Source of the DNA: Myxococcota bacterium
GTDB lineage: Bacteria > Myxococcota_A > UBA796 > UBA2385
Direction: 5' to 3'
DNA: 64,000 nt
Assembly: GCA_044344255.1 (NCBI GenBank)
Contig: JBIJDH010000004.1
Coordinates: 192,001-256,000, forward strand
Part shown: positions 63,701 through 64,000 of the stretch, piece by piece
Position numbering within the stretch: the stretch's first letter is position 1
How the letters are laid out: every line of letters begins with the position of its first letter
The notes under the pieces: model-generated
Told to the model about the DNA's origin: nothing
The model's input: only the letters and a program-made list of their open reading frames with translations
Databases searched by the model: none
Program-made: the position numbers and the translations under genes

Positions 63701-64000
63701 GCGCGCGAGATCTACCAGCGCCTGCGCGAGGGGGAGCAGCGCCGCGGGAACACGCGCCAGGAGGCCGTTCACGTGGACTCCCTGTCCCGTGTCGCCTTCT
63801 ACGCGGGTGATCTCCGGCTCGCGAATTCGCTGGCGGTCGAGTGCGCTGCGCTCGTGCACCAAGTGGCTGATCCGCAGCTCGCCGAGGCGAACCTCCGCAT
63901 GCGCATCGGCCTCCAGGCCGACCTCGAGGACGCCGAGGAGGTCGAGTCGCTCTACGACGCCCTCGTCGAGCTCCGGCGGGCCTCCGGACAGCCAGAGCGC
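60749..64000 (+). CDS. Ser/Thr kinase-globin-STAND NTPase-TPR fusion (3' end outside window)
   Basis: Absent from ORF track. TTG 60749 overlaps the upstream stop and the frame is open for 1084 codons. Kinase: LGRGGMGAVY, ALK, HRDIKPAN, DFG, GTPAYMAPE. Globin (~61601-62000): FYERLF..SP.LRPLF, QRDKL, LGRRHAAYGVEARHF, WT....AW. STAND: FFGRTREL, GMGGSGKT, LIFLDNVE, LDGIPLALEL, YRML; then TPR-like helices. Confidence 0.92.
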   Translation, partial: MTSWVLPDQFDGLRVVRALGRGGMGAVYLAHDVALDRPTALKLISAEEPTSALRSRFLVEARALARLQHPNVVGVYRFGEVDGRPYLAYEFVEGGSLAGVGQMPWVRALSICAQVARGMAASHERGVVHRDIKPANIMVGVDGSVKLLDFGLAVLGATGDRPAQALTLDGRVVGTPAYMAPERWLGEAPSPAADVWAWAMVFRLLLTGSHPLEGVPVSELPRELTLRDLPPCSSVLPDLPPVLSSLIDRCLSRSPERRPPSGVEVRDALEAVTALLLPAGGGSPTEGRIGLVGASFSRVAQSVELFSRRFYERLFALSPGLRPLFPLDMSSQRDKLVGALQLSVQSLRVPEVLVPLLRDLGRRHAAYGVEARHFEPVGAALLGALQEIEGSAWTPALAQAWQATWADLARPVLAGLAEARGGDTLGMLTEGGGAIARVALPTHLPLSGPSAMATPASDARAPSLPPRGATPSNGPGASRPPLSAPPRASGSSPPPSLPSPLTRFFGRTRELEELVAQVAEGVRLLTILGMGGSGKTRLALELARRLHAASLGRPVVWVALADARDHEGALSLMLRALGVKDAQGEPLDLLIETLHTRPALIFLDNVEDIADELGDSLSGVLEQCPDATCIITSQRPLHIMGELLYRLEPLPLPSADAATLEIEASDAVALLIDRIRLQRPTFRPDPTSLPQLLALARRLDGIPLALELVAVRVGKMQLSSLIERLERDLGLIEDGARNRPGRQRSLTAALRWTAERLDPELRALFSDLAVFPGEFGLEDLREVLGVPVTHEELESLIEHSLVVPVGGSEGRYRMLSTVRAYAAGLSSPERSAALQLALVEMITSMAGKWIDQLGTSEAQRSTARLEASWSTLLAVVDLATPERAAHILGRVPVFVMMTKRFADVLPRIERLFASDILPKLSSDVRVRLCRAGHRLNLVTGHADRTEAWRLQLLHCAALPLSEVIRDGLDAELGLSAMERGSYREAREIYQRLREGEQRRGNTRQEAVHVDSLSRVAFYAGDLRLANSLAVECAALVHQVADPQLAEANLRMRIGLQADLEDAEEVESLYDALVELRRASGQPER

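Overview
High-GC, gene-dense chromosomal window whose content points to a Myxococcota/deltaproteobacterial genome: several Ser/Thr kinases, an FHA-AAA+ regulator, Glt/CglB-like gliding proteins, two Hsp70s and MopE-repeat lipoproteins. About 46 protein-coding genes are supportable. I found no rRNA, tRNA, CRISPR or IS element. Housekeeping genes include dapA (partial), kdsA, ligA, acyP, a trmJ-like methyltransferase, thiL, grpE-dnaK-dnaJ, hemW, pntAB and a fadN-fadA-type beta-oxidation pair with a FadR-like operator. The two most notable items are both missed or broken in the ORF track. (1) A probable selenoprotein at 30862-31620: a thioredoxin-fold lipoprotein with an in-frame TGA in W-U-G-S-C, a SECIS-like hairpin just downstream, and a Cys paralog (W-C-Y-W-C) at 34341-35222. 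(2) An ORF of more than 1084 codons from 60749 to the window edge that fuses a Ser/Thr kinase, a heme globin, a STAND NTPase and TPR-like helices. It is translationally coupled to an FHA-AAA+-HTH regulator whose GAFTGA loop is replaced by NYPNPG. All family assignments come from motif recognition by eye; no database searches were run.
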